Shown here piece after piece: positions 24,147 through 34,755 of a stretch of DNA of 64,000 nucleotides. The notes below the pieces were generated by a model that searched no databases, was not told the origin of the DNA, and saw only the letters and a program-made list of their open reading frames with translations. The DNA comes from Eledone cirrhosa (Eukaryota), in NCBI GenBank assembly GCA_964016885.1, contig OZ024744.1, positions 119,350,001 through 119,414,000 of the forward strand, read 5' to 3'. The position numbers and the translations under genes are program-made. Every line of letters starts with the position of its first letter. Within the stretch, counting starts at the first letter, position 1.

Positions 24147-24420
24147 ATGTATGTCGGGTCACTTTTGAGTGCTACTGGTAACATGTAACTCAGTACAACC
24201 TGTCGCATGGTTGGGTCGTCGGCGACTAAACTGGCAACCCCACCATATTTACTTGGTGAGGAGGGTGATTTTGGATACCCTGCAGGACAAAAAACAAAGG
24301 GTGGAAGAACTCATAAGAGTCAACAGCCAAACAAAAATGTGTGAATATGTATATACATTTATTCATGTGTATATATATATATGTATATATGTATCTACAT
24401 GTATACATATGTATATATAT

Positions 24421-24757
24421 GCGCGGGGGACATAGAAATAATCGGGCTGGATACTCAATCGCGCAGTTAAACCTCTGGGAGTGAAGGACCCCTAGCCTTT
24501 GTCAGGGCATTGTTCTAGGAGAAGGCAACTCAGGAAACATGGATAACTCCGACATAAAACCTGCGGCCCAGTAGTTACCGAGTTATAGTAGTTTTCGGGT
24601 TATAGCTCAGAGAGTGGGATTGGCTCAGTGCACAGTCTTTCCTTACTTTAGAAAATATCTTCACGCACAGGCATTGCACGATAGAATTAATTGATAATTA
24701 TTAATAATGGTATATCGTGCAACGGCCATACTCGATAACGAGCGGACAGCCATAATG
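24421..24757 (+). mobile_element. Probable non-autonomous RTE derivative (5'-UTR-like part fused to an RTE 3' tail)
   Basis: 24716-24757 matches the 3' tail at 24007-24048; the upstream CTAGGAGAAGGCAACTC..AAACC motif resembles RTE 5' UTRs (from recall); no ORF. Confidence 0.5.
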
Positions 24758-24919
24758 TATAATGTTGAACAATGAAAGAATAAGCAAACAAAGTTTGGTA
24801 GTTATTAATCCATCGTACCACACAAGAGGATGGTACTCTGTTGATCAGTGGACTATTTACATCTACACTACATGAAGTTCTAATATAGTCTCAAATGATA
24901 ATGATGATGATGATGATGA

Positions 24920-24993
<74 letters not shown>

Positions 24994-25091
24994 TGTATAT
25001 AGGAGAAAGTATGACCCCGGCGGCAGAGCTCAAGCCGTTTCGACGGCTATTTCTGAACTAAAGTACTTTAGTCCAGAAATAACCGGGAAAA

Positions 25092-25661
25092 GCAAGCAGG
25101 GAAAAGCGGACGTAAAATGATGATGATGATGATGACGATGATAGGGAAAGAATGAAGAATAACATGGTCGGCTGTACAAAGGGTTTTATTTACAGTATTA
25201 ACAATTGTTTCATTGATCAGGTGAGTCTAAAGGCTGTTAATCACTTGAAGTTGCGTCACTCGACCTTAAATACAGTGTGTCTCTGATCAAATCATTGGAA
25301 TACTGGAGGATGTAACATGGCATTGGTATTTATAGATACATTTTCATTCTAACTTCTTTATTATTATCTTTTATTATATTTTATTATTGATGTTATTGTT
25401 TTGATTCTCCGATGTATCTATAAATACCAATGCCATGTTACATCCTCCAGTATTCCAATGATTTGATCAGAGACACACTGTATTTAAGGTCGAGTGATGC
25501 AACTTCAAGTGATTAACAGCCTTTAGACTCACCTGATCAATGAAACAATTGTTAATACTGTAAATAAAACCCTTTGTACAGCCGACCATGTTATTCTTCA
25601 TTCTTTCCCTATCATCGTCATCATCATCATCATCATTTTACGTCCACTTTTCCCTGCTTGC
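25092..25661. repeat. Long inverted repeat, ~250-bp arms (25092-25341 / 25412-25661), ~70-nt T-rich spacer
   Basis: Arms are reverse complements with ~2 visible mismatches. Confidence 0.95.
25448..25560 (+). ncRNA. Hammerhead-like fold with non-canonical core CCAAUGA and large loop II; mirror copy at 25193-25305 on minus
   Basis: CAGTATT-CCAATGA-T-TTGATCAG-(62 nt)-CTGATCAA-T-GAAA-CAATTG-TT-AATACTG. Confidence 0.6.
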
Positions 25662-27412
25662 AAGGGTGGGATGGGTCTTATTCAGCGCAGCATCTCTCCA
25701 CTCGTCACGGTCCTTCGTCATCTCCACCATGAACTTCAGCAATCTGAGGTCTGTTCTCACCACCTCCGCCTATGTTTTTCGTGGTCTATATCTTCCTTTA
25801 ACTGGCATTTCCTGGCACTTCTTCACCCATCGGTCATCCTCCATGCGCATCACATGTCCATACCACCGCAGTCTCCTCTCTCGCGCACTACATTCTATCC
25901 CTCTCAGACACAGTTTCTCTATCAACACATCCATGCTGGGTCGTTCACACACATTTACACTTCACATCCAATGGAGCATGCTTGCCTCATTTCTCTCCAG
26001 CAGTCGCATATCCTCTGCAGTTGCTGCCCATGTCTCACTACCATGCAGCATCGCGCTCCTCACACAGGCATCATATAATAGCCCTTTCATACGCAGGGAG
26101 AAACCCTTCTTCGTCAGCAAAGGAAGCAGATCCCTAATCTTCTTCCAACCCGTCCTTATTCTAGATACTATGACCTCGGAACACTCCCATTCCATGCTAA
26201 TCTGACCTCCTAAGTACCGGAAGCTATCAACCACTACTATAGCACCCGCCTGCATTTGAAAAATGTGTCTATCAGTGTGACTTCTACTGTCTAATTTCAC
26301 TGTACATCTACTGCATACGTATTTCTCCCTACCTGTTAGTTTGCTTGCTACCCCCACTACATCTCTTGTGTATCCAGGATCTCCATTGTGTGCATTTTAT
26401 AGAATTTATGCCAGTTCCTTTTCTGCATATCGAACATGGCCATTTCCCTGACGGAATCAGGATTTTGTCCTCTTTTCTACTCATCAACACTTTTGTCTTA
26501 GCTAGGTTCACTCTCAGTCCTCTTGCTTCCAACTACTGTTTCCATAGCCAGAATTTATTCTCTAGCTCCTCTACTGATTCTGCTATAAGAGCCAGATCGT
26601 CAGCATAGAGAAGTTCCCATGGACAGCCAGTCTTAAACTCCTCTGTTATGGCTTGGAGGACTATAATGAACAAGAGTGGACTGAGGACCGAACCTTGATG
26701 TACTCCTACTTGTATCTGGAATTCCTCACTAAACTCCATTCCTACCCTCACTTTACTGACAGTACCTCTGTACAAAGTTTGCACTGTCCTCACAAACCAT
26801 TCCTCAACACCTAGTTTCCTTAGCGACCACCAGATGACAGATCGAGGTACCCTATCAAAGGTCTTCTCTAGGTCAACAAAGGCTAAGTATAGTGGCTTAT
26901 TCTTCTCTTAGAACCTCTCTTGTAATTGTCTCACCAAGAAGAGGGCATCTGTTGTACTCTTCCCAGGCACAAAACCAAACTGCATCTCATCTAGTTTGAC
27001 CCTTTCTCTAATTAGTTGTGCTAATATTCTCTCTGCCACTTTCATAACCTGATCCATCAATTTTATACCCCTATAATTGCTCCTGTCCAGAGCATCCCCT
27101 TTACCTTTGTAGCAATTTATGAGAATACTGCTGCACCAGTCTTTGGATATGACACCACCATATATAGCCTGATTGATGATGCGTGATAGCCTGATTGATG
27201 ATACGTCCTCTGATGCCTTCAGCATCTCAGCAACTATCCCCAACGGTCCAGCGGCCTTACCATTTTTCATTTCCTTAATCGCCTCTTGGACCCTATACTC
27301 ATCAATCTCAATAACTGATCCCTCTGTCTGATCTACTGAGGATAATTTCTCTCTCTCCCATTCGTTCTCCACATTCATCAGTCTCTCATAATGACATTTC
27401 CAGGCCTCCTTT
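25611..27412 (-). mobile_element. Second RTE-clade LINE with PHD-like finger (different subfamily), 5'-truncated, several stops
   Basis: ORF pieces 27378-26908, 26793-26533 (VHQGSVLSPLLF, YADD), 26532-26329 (WPCSIC..WIHKRC), 26357-25962, 25952-25770; (ATG)n tail. Confidence 0.93.
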
Positions 27413-27422
27413 TATATATATA

Positions 27423-29159
27423 TGTCCTGGGTATGACATTAAACTACATCCAGTGGCAAGGCTCCAGTTCGGGAGTTCAGGAGTTGTGGGGAATGTGGAG
27501 TTACCCCTTAGTTGTCATGACTCCCAGGTCTGCCCTGGCCCGGGGTGGTAGTATCTGTTAGGGCTCCATTTATGGGTTAAATAACTACCTTATTCGAGTG
27601 GCGCCGGTAAGGTATTGTCAGCCATTTGAAAAGAAATATGGAGAGTTGATCTAACAGCACTAGGGTTAGAGCCCCTAATTACACTGTCAAGGAGCAGCCT
27701 GGTCGTTATGACTCTGCTGGCTTAGAGCCACAGAGAGAGTCAGTGGATGATGGATCAGCTGTCTCTGAGACAAATATAAAGAATGCAGTTTTGTCCTGCA
27801 GAAGAGCCATCAAAATGGGCACTTTGAATGTGAGGACTATTCGGACGCTGGAGAAGAGAGAGGAGTTGGGACATCTGTTCGAGGAGAGTGGTATACAGAT
27901 ACTTGCGATCCAAAAACACAGGATCCTACACGATGAGCCTGTGAGGAGTGTGATGATCGGGAAGAGGAGCCAGCTCATCACTACATCGGCAGTGAAGAAC
28001 ACAACAAATGCTGCAGTAGGAGGAGTGGGTTTTGTGTTCAGTGCAGGAACCAATCTGTTGGTGAGGGAAATAATGCCTATCTCCCCGCGAGTGTTGAGGG
28101 TGACCTTCAATGGAAACCCAAGACTGAGAGTCATCTCAGCCTATAGTCCAACCGAGGGGGACAGTGATATAAGTGTGGAAGAGTTCCATGAGGAGGTGTG
28201 TAGAGCTGTCAACACCACTCAGGCACACAATATCCTGCTTGTTTTGGGGGACTTCAATGCACATCTGAGTAAGGAGGGCAGTGAAAATCCTTGCTGGTAC
28301 TTCCATAACAACACCAACCGAAATGGAAGACTACTGAGAGACACCCTGCTGGAGGCGGACTTGATAGCGACCAACCTAAGGTTTAGGAAGAATCTGGGGA
28401 AGATGTGGACCTACATCTCAGATGTGCACCTGTCCAAGTCCCAGATTGATTTCATTCTGGTGAGGAAAAAGTGGCGGAATAGTGTTCTGAACACAGAACC
28501 ATACAGTTATTTCAGTACACTGGGTAGTGACCACCGGCTTGTTATGACTGAGGTCCGGGTGAGCTTAAGAAAGAGCAAGGCTCGGCCCCGGAGAGCAATC
28601 TATAACTGGGGAGCTTTCAAGGAAGATGATAAGCTACAGGAGAGGTTCACAGTGGAAGTGAGAAACAGGTTCAGTGCTCTGTGTGGAGAGTCAGAGGAGA
28701 GAGAGATTGGATGGACAGAGGAGGTACGGGCACTTCACCAATGCAGTGGCGGAAGCAAGTGAAACCCTGGTGCCGAGGAAAAAGAACAAAGGGAAGCACG
28801 TCAGCTCTGCAAACCCTAAAGTGTGTGCAGCCAGAGAACACCTGAAAGCTGCCAGGGACCAATTCTATGCTGATCCTACGGAGGAGAGGATGGAGACTGT
28901 GGAGGTGATGAGGGAAGAACTTTGTACCGCTTACACTGAGGTCAGAGAGGAGGCACTGATAGAGAAGATCAGAAGTGTGGAGAGAGCGGTTGGGACGTCT
29001 GGATGTAAGGAGAGCTGGATGATCATCAACGAGATCACAGGGAGGAAGAGAAGGTGTTCGAGTCAGATCCAGGGAACGGGGCCCGAGGATAGGAAGAGGA
29101 AATGGCTATACCATTTTAGGACCCTACTAGGAGAGCCACCCTCCACAGCCCAGAGCTGT
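27423..29159 (+). mobile_element. 5' portion of an RTE/RTE-X LINE: 5' UTR, APE endonuclease and linker; RT missing
   Basis: ORF 27743-28762: TLNVRT, AIQKHR, GVGF, SAYSPT, GDFNA, NRNG, QIDFIL, SDHR; frameshifted into 28674-29228. Confidence 0.88.
27743..28762 (+). pseudogene. LINE apurinic/apyrimidinic-like endonuclease domain
   Basis: APE motifs as above; catalytic QE appears as QK; frameshift near 28700. Confidence 0.85.
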
Positions 29160-29484
29160 GAAACAAAATGGTGTAGGACAGAAGAAAGGAAAGGCACAGA
29201 AACAAAGAAAGGAATCCCCAGTCACTGAAGAGGTCACAGAGTGTGTGACGAAAGGACTATGACTATATATAAACAACTATCTGGTTGTGGAACCAACCAA
29301 CCAACCAGAAATTTATAAATTTGTAGATTTGTAAATTTATAAATTTATAGATATATAATAAATTGAAGTGAAAGCAACTGGTGCGTGTGTTTCTTATTGG
29401 CAACATCACCCTCCCAAAGTATAACAATATCGGTTTCAACACACGATTTCAGATAAAGAATCTTGCTAAACAAATTCAGAAACG

Positions 29485-29490
<6 letters not shown>
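29160..29490 (+). repeat. Near-identical copy of PLE 3' region 19311-19640, including an HHR at 29220-29264
   Basis: Direct match from GAAACAAAATGG to CAGAAACGAAATATA, few substitutions. Confidence 0.92.
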
Positions 29491-29528
<38 letters not shown>

Positions 29529-29581
29529 GTAAGTATGTGTGTATACGTACATACATATATGTATACAGACGTACAGTAGCA

Positions 29582-29701
<120 letters not shown>

Positions 29702-29870
29702 TATATACATATATACATACATATATACATACATATATGCATGTATCAGTTTAGCGGACGCTTATTATAACGCCGCTTTGTTCGTTTGTAAACAAACTGA
29801 ACAGCCTGAATTTTATGCCGTACGGTGTAAAGGCAACCACGTCACCTTTTTGTTCAACACTGACACAGGA

Positions 29871-29913
29871 ACGATGTACTAGTTTCAAGCTTGTTAGCTA
29901 TCATCAGCACCGT
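29871..29913 (-). ncRNA. Minimal type I hammerhead ribozyme
   Basis: ACGGUG-CUGAUGA-U-AGCU-AACA-AGCU-U-GAAA-CUAG-UA-CAUCGU. Confidence 0.9.
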
Positions 29914-30149
29914 ATACCCTTCTGCCAGATAGTTGAACGTTCGAAAGTATATACTTTCCTTATGAAAATTAACGGCTAAGCAGCCTAATTTGCATATCGA
30001 GTGAGTTAAGTCGGTCAGGCATACCGAAAACGATAAGTTGAAATAAAATGAAAACGAAATTTTATTTCTCACTCTTAGTACGGCACTTACTTAAATGTAA
30101 GTATGTGTGTATACGTACATACATATATGTATACAGACGTACAGTAGCA

Positions 30150-30227
<78 letters not shown>

Positions 30228-30384
30228 TACATACAGGTACACATATATATATGCACGTATCAGTTTAGCAGACGCTTATTATAACGCCGCTTTGTTCGTT
30301 TGTAAACAAACTGAACAGCCTGAATTTTATGCCGTACGGTGTTAAGGCAACCACGTCACCTTTTTGTTCAACACTGACACAGGA

Positions 30385-30427
30385 ACGATGTACTAGTTTC
30401 AAGCTTGTTAGCTATCATCAGCACCGT
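30385..30427 (-). ncRNA. Minimal type I hammerhead ribozyme
   Basis: Identical to 29871-29913, 514 nt away. Confidence 0.9.
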
Positions 30428-30663
30428 ATACCCTTCTGCCAGATAGTTGAACGTTCGAAAGTATATACTTTCCTTATGAAAATTAACGGCTAAGCAGCCT
30501 AATTTGCATATCGAGTGAGTTAAGTCGGTCAGGCATACCGAAAACGATAAGTTGAAATAAAATGAAAACGAAATTTCATTTCTCACTCTTAGTACGGCAC
30601 TTACTTAAATGTAAGTATGTGTGTATACGTACATACATATATGTATACAGACGTACAGTAGCA

Positions 30664-30705
<42 letters not shown>

Positions 30706-30945
30706 CAGGTACACATACATATATGCACGTATCAGTTTAGCAGACGCTTATTATAACGCCGCTTTGTTCGTTTGTAAACAAACTGAACAGCCTGAATTTT
30801 ATGCCGTACGGTGTTAAGGCAACCACGTCACCTTTTTATTCAACACTGACACAGGAACGATGTACTAGTTTCAAGCTTGTTAGCCGTTAATTTTCATAAG
30901 GAAAGTATATACTTTCGAACGTTCAACTATCTGGCAGAAGGGTAT

Positions 30946-30988
30946 ACGGTGCTGATGATAGCTAACAAGCTTGAAACTAGTACATCGT
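30946..30988 (+). ncRNA. Minimal type I hammerhead ribozyme, inverted copy; predicted cleavage after A30982
   Basis: ACGGTG-CTGATGA-T-AGCT-AACA-AGCT-T-GAAA-CTAG-TA-CATCGT. Confidence 0.9.
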
Positions 30989-31303
30989 TCCTGTGTCAGT
31001 GTTGAACAAAAAGGTGACGTGGTTGCCTTTACACCGTACGGCATAAAATTCAGGCTGTTCAGTTTGTTTACAAACGAACAAAGCGGCGTTATAATAAGCG
31101 TCCGCTAAACTGATACGTGCATATATGTATGTATATATGTATGTATATATGTATATATATATGTATATATATATATATATATATATTTGCATGCTACTGT
31201 ACGTCTGTATACATATATGTATGTACGTATACACACATACTTACATTTAAGTAAGTGCCGTACTAAGAGTGAGAAATGAAATATCGTTTTCATTTTATTT
31301 CAA

Positions 31304-31368
<65 letters not shown>

Positions 31369-31397
31369 TATATTAAGGCATCATAACATATATAATA

Positions 31398-32265
31398 CTA
31401 GCTGACGTACCCAGCTTCGCCCGGGTAAACAGATGATAAGAGAAGACAGGTAAAAGAGAAAATGACTGTATTGGATGTTTGTCTGCTTACAGTATGAGGC
31501 GAGCCCGTGGTGTCTGTATGATACAAAAAAAAACAGTAAAAATATCTTCCAGATATACCAGATTCTTCGTTGTACCGTTTGTGCATAGTATATGAACAAT
31601 TCTAGGTGCTGCCACCTAGAATAGTGACCTCTAGGAGATGGTTCATCTTCTGCCTGACTGTAAAACGTGTATCATTTCATAGACGTGGTTGTTCCACGTT
31701 TCTTAAAAGGATGATGGAAGTTCAAATCTTTTATATTATATGTAGCTATAGATATAGATAATTAATATAAAAGATGTCCGGCAATGTAAAGAAAGGTCCC
31801 TATTTACTCCCTTCACAACTCTGTGTATGTTAGACTGACAGACAGGCACACAGACAGATAAACTGCATGGCGATTGTGGGATGCCGCACGTACACACACA
31901 TACACGCATGGGAACGCGCACACGCACACAAACTTACACACACGCACACACTCACACATGTTGATAGTTTTTACTTTCTGTGGAACGCTGTACGCACGCA
32001 CACATAAACATACGCGCACGTACATACACACGCACACATGTTAATAGTTATTGCTTTCCTTTCCCTCTTATTTCCACACACACACATGTCTCTACACTGA
32101 CACATATACATAGTGTATCCAACACAGCGTTCACTTTGCTTCTCTCTCCCCTCTCACTCCTTCATTATACATATTAATTTAAGTTTGGCGTCGTTGAGGT
32201 GGGCGGAGTCATTGAAACCTATGAACCAATGATAATCGAGAATTATGACGGAATTAATATATAGA
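31398..32265 (-). mobile_element. Complete non-autonomous Helitron
   Basis: Minus strand starts TCTATATATTAA (32265), ends with hairpin ACCCGGGCGAAGCTGGGT then CTAG (31398); A|T target; internal CA-rich microsatellites. Confidence 0.85.
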
Positions 32266-32449
32266 TGTATGATGATTATGTTTCTCAATAAAAAAGCTCA
32301 ATGGACTTTGATCCAGAGCATCAATAATTCAAATTAAAAGTTATATGTATAGAGAGATCTTTTGCTCAGGTTTCCAAACTATGAAACAGCGCCATGAGGA
32401 TGTACTTTTTCCTGAATATTCTGTGTTTTATATATATGTACTGAATATG

Positions 32450-33527
32450 TTGTTGAGACTGGGTGATTTTTTGTTTTGATCACCTGGTTGATCTCACTCC
32501 AGGTGAAAAGTCCAGTGGAGATGTTGAGTCCAGGTGATACCACAGACTTTGGGAGATTGCCTTCCACAGGGGATGGTTCACCCAGTAGACCTTTAAAGTA
32601 GTCAGTCCAGCTCTTTTTCCTAGCTTCTTGAGAGCCTCCTTTGATGATGGATGAAGGCTTCTCTTTTCTGCCAGTTATTTCGTTGGCTAGATCCCATGCA
32701 GCTGTGTGATGTTTGTTTATATGAAGGGTCTTAAGTTTGTTTATTTTTCCTTCTACATACTCTGCAAGAGCAGTTGTATCCGCCTCATCAAGGTCTTTAT
32801 TGCATTGAGTCATTTCATTTTTTAGTAAACTAGTTGGATTTGAGTTTTAAACTAGCTGGATTTGAGAAAAAAGACTTTGCAGTTTTTTCTGTGCTGAGGA
32901 TACTAAGATATGTGAGCTCAATTTCCTGAGCTTCCTTTTGGTCTTTTGGGGTAACCTGGAAAAAGGAACTTCCTCATTTGCAACAATTAGGAGTATTTAG
33001 TCTCAATGCAATCATCAGTGCAGGATAGTTCAGAGAACCTATTGTAGACACTAATTGGATACCGGCTGGAGAGCTCCTTATTTGATGACACTAACCTCCA
33101 GTCAATTCGTTTCATAAGACCAGCATGAACTTTATTAGGAGTGTGAAGGCTAAGAATAACTTTGGAGGAGACAATCCTGTGATCAGATCCCACGAGAAGG
33201 AGGAATAGGTTTCAGAATCGCGTACACTGTTTCGCCATTTTTTCCGATATAGGATATAATGCAATTGAGCTCTACTACCGTTAGGGTAGGTGAATGACCA
33301 GAGCTTGGATTGGTCTTTCATGAAGCTATTTGTAGACAAGAAGAGTTCAAATTTGTCAAGGAGTTGGAGCAGAATTTCACCATTTCCATTTGTTTTGGTG
33401 TTGAAGGTGGATTTTACATCGTCAGGGCCTAGTTTGACTTTGAAGTGACCTGCAATAGTAAGAAAATTATGGGCAGGAACGTTTTCAATGACTGATCTTC
33501 GAGACTGATAGAAACTGGCGTCAGAAA
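32450..33527 (-). mobile_element. Decayed RTE/RTE-X LINE fragment (APE C-half and linker), cut at its 5' side by satellite 2
   Basis: NGNG, AQLHYILYRKKWRNSV, GSDHR, AWDLANEITGRK, W.DYFKGLLG; related to but distinct from 27423-29159. Confidence 0.85.
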
Positions 33528-34321
33528 CACTGCTACTACTACTACCACTACTAGCTTGATGGAACCTACACTACTACTACTACCACTACTACCTTGATGG
33601 CACCTACACTACTACTACTACCACTACTACCTTGATGGCACCTACACTACTACTACTACCACTACTAACTTGATGGCACCTACACTACTACTACTACCAC
33701 TACTACCTTGATGGCACCTACACTACTACTACTACCACTACTACCTTGATGGCACCTACACTACTACTACTACTACTACCTTAATGGCACCTACACTACT
33801 ACTACTACCACTACTACCTTGATGGCACCTACACTACTACTACTACTACCTTGATGGCACCTACACTACTACTACTACTTTGATGGCACCTACACTACTA
33901 CTACTACTACCACTACTACCTTGATGGCACCTACACTAATACTACTACTACTACTACCTTGATGGCACCTACACTACTACTACTACCACTATCACTACTA
34001 CCTTGATGGCACCTACACTACTACTACTACTACCACTACTACCTTGATGGCACCTACACTAATACTACTACTACTACTACCTTGATGGCACCTAGACTAC
34101 TGCTACTACCACTATCACTACTACCTTGATGGCACCTACACTAATACTACTACCACTAGTACCTTGATGGCACCTCACTACCACTACCATGATGGTACCT
34201 ACACTACTACTACTACCACTACTACTACTACATTGATGGCACCTACACTACTACTACTACCACTACTACCTTTATGGCACCTATACTACTACTACTACCA
34301 CTACTACCTTCATAGAACCTA

Positions 34322-34363
<42 letters not shown>

Positions 34364-34713
34364 AACTACTACCTTGATGGCACCTACACTACTACTACTA
34401 CCACTACTACCTTGATGGCACCTACACTACTACTACCTTGATGGCACCTACACTACTACTACTACTACTACCTTGATGGCACCTACACTACTACTACAAC
34501 CACTACTACCTTGATGGCACCTACACTACTACTACTACCACTACTACCTTGATGGCACCTACACTACTACTACTACCACTACTACTACTACCTTGATGGC
34601 ACCTACACTACTACTACAACCACTACTACCTTGATGGCACCTACACTACTACTACTACTACTACCTTGATGGCACCTACACTACTACTACTACCACTACC
34701 TTGATGGCACCTA

Positions 34714-34755
<42 letters not shown>

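Noticed and set aside
27423-27450. HDV-like ribozyme 3' part at the 5' end of the RTE-X-like element
   Set aside because: 5' end is truncated at a TA run; P1-P3 cannot be built
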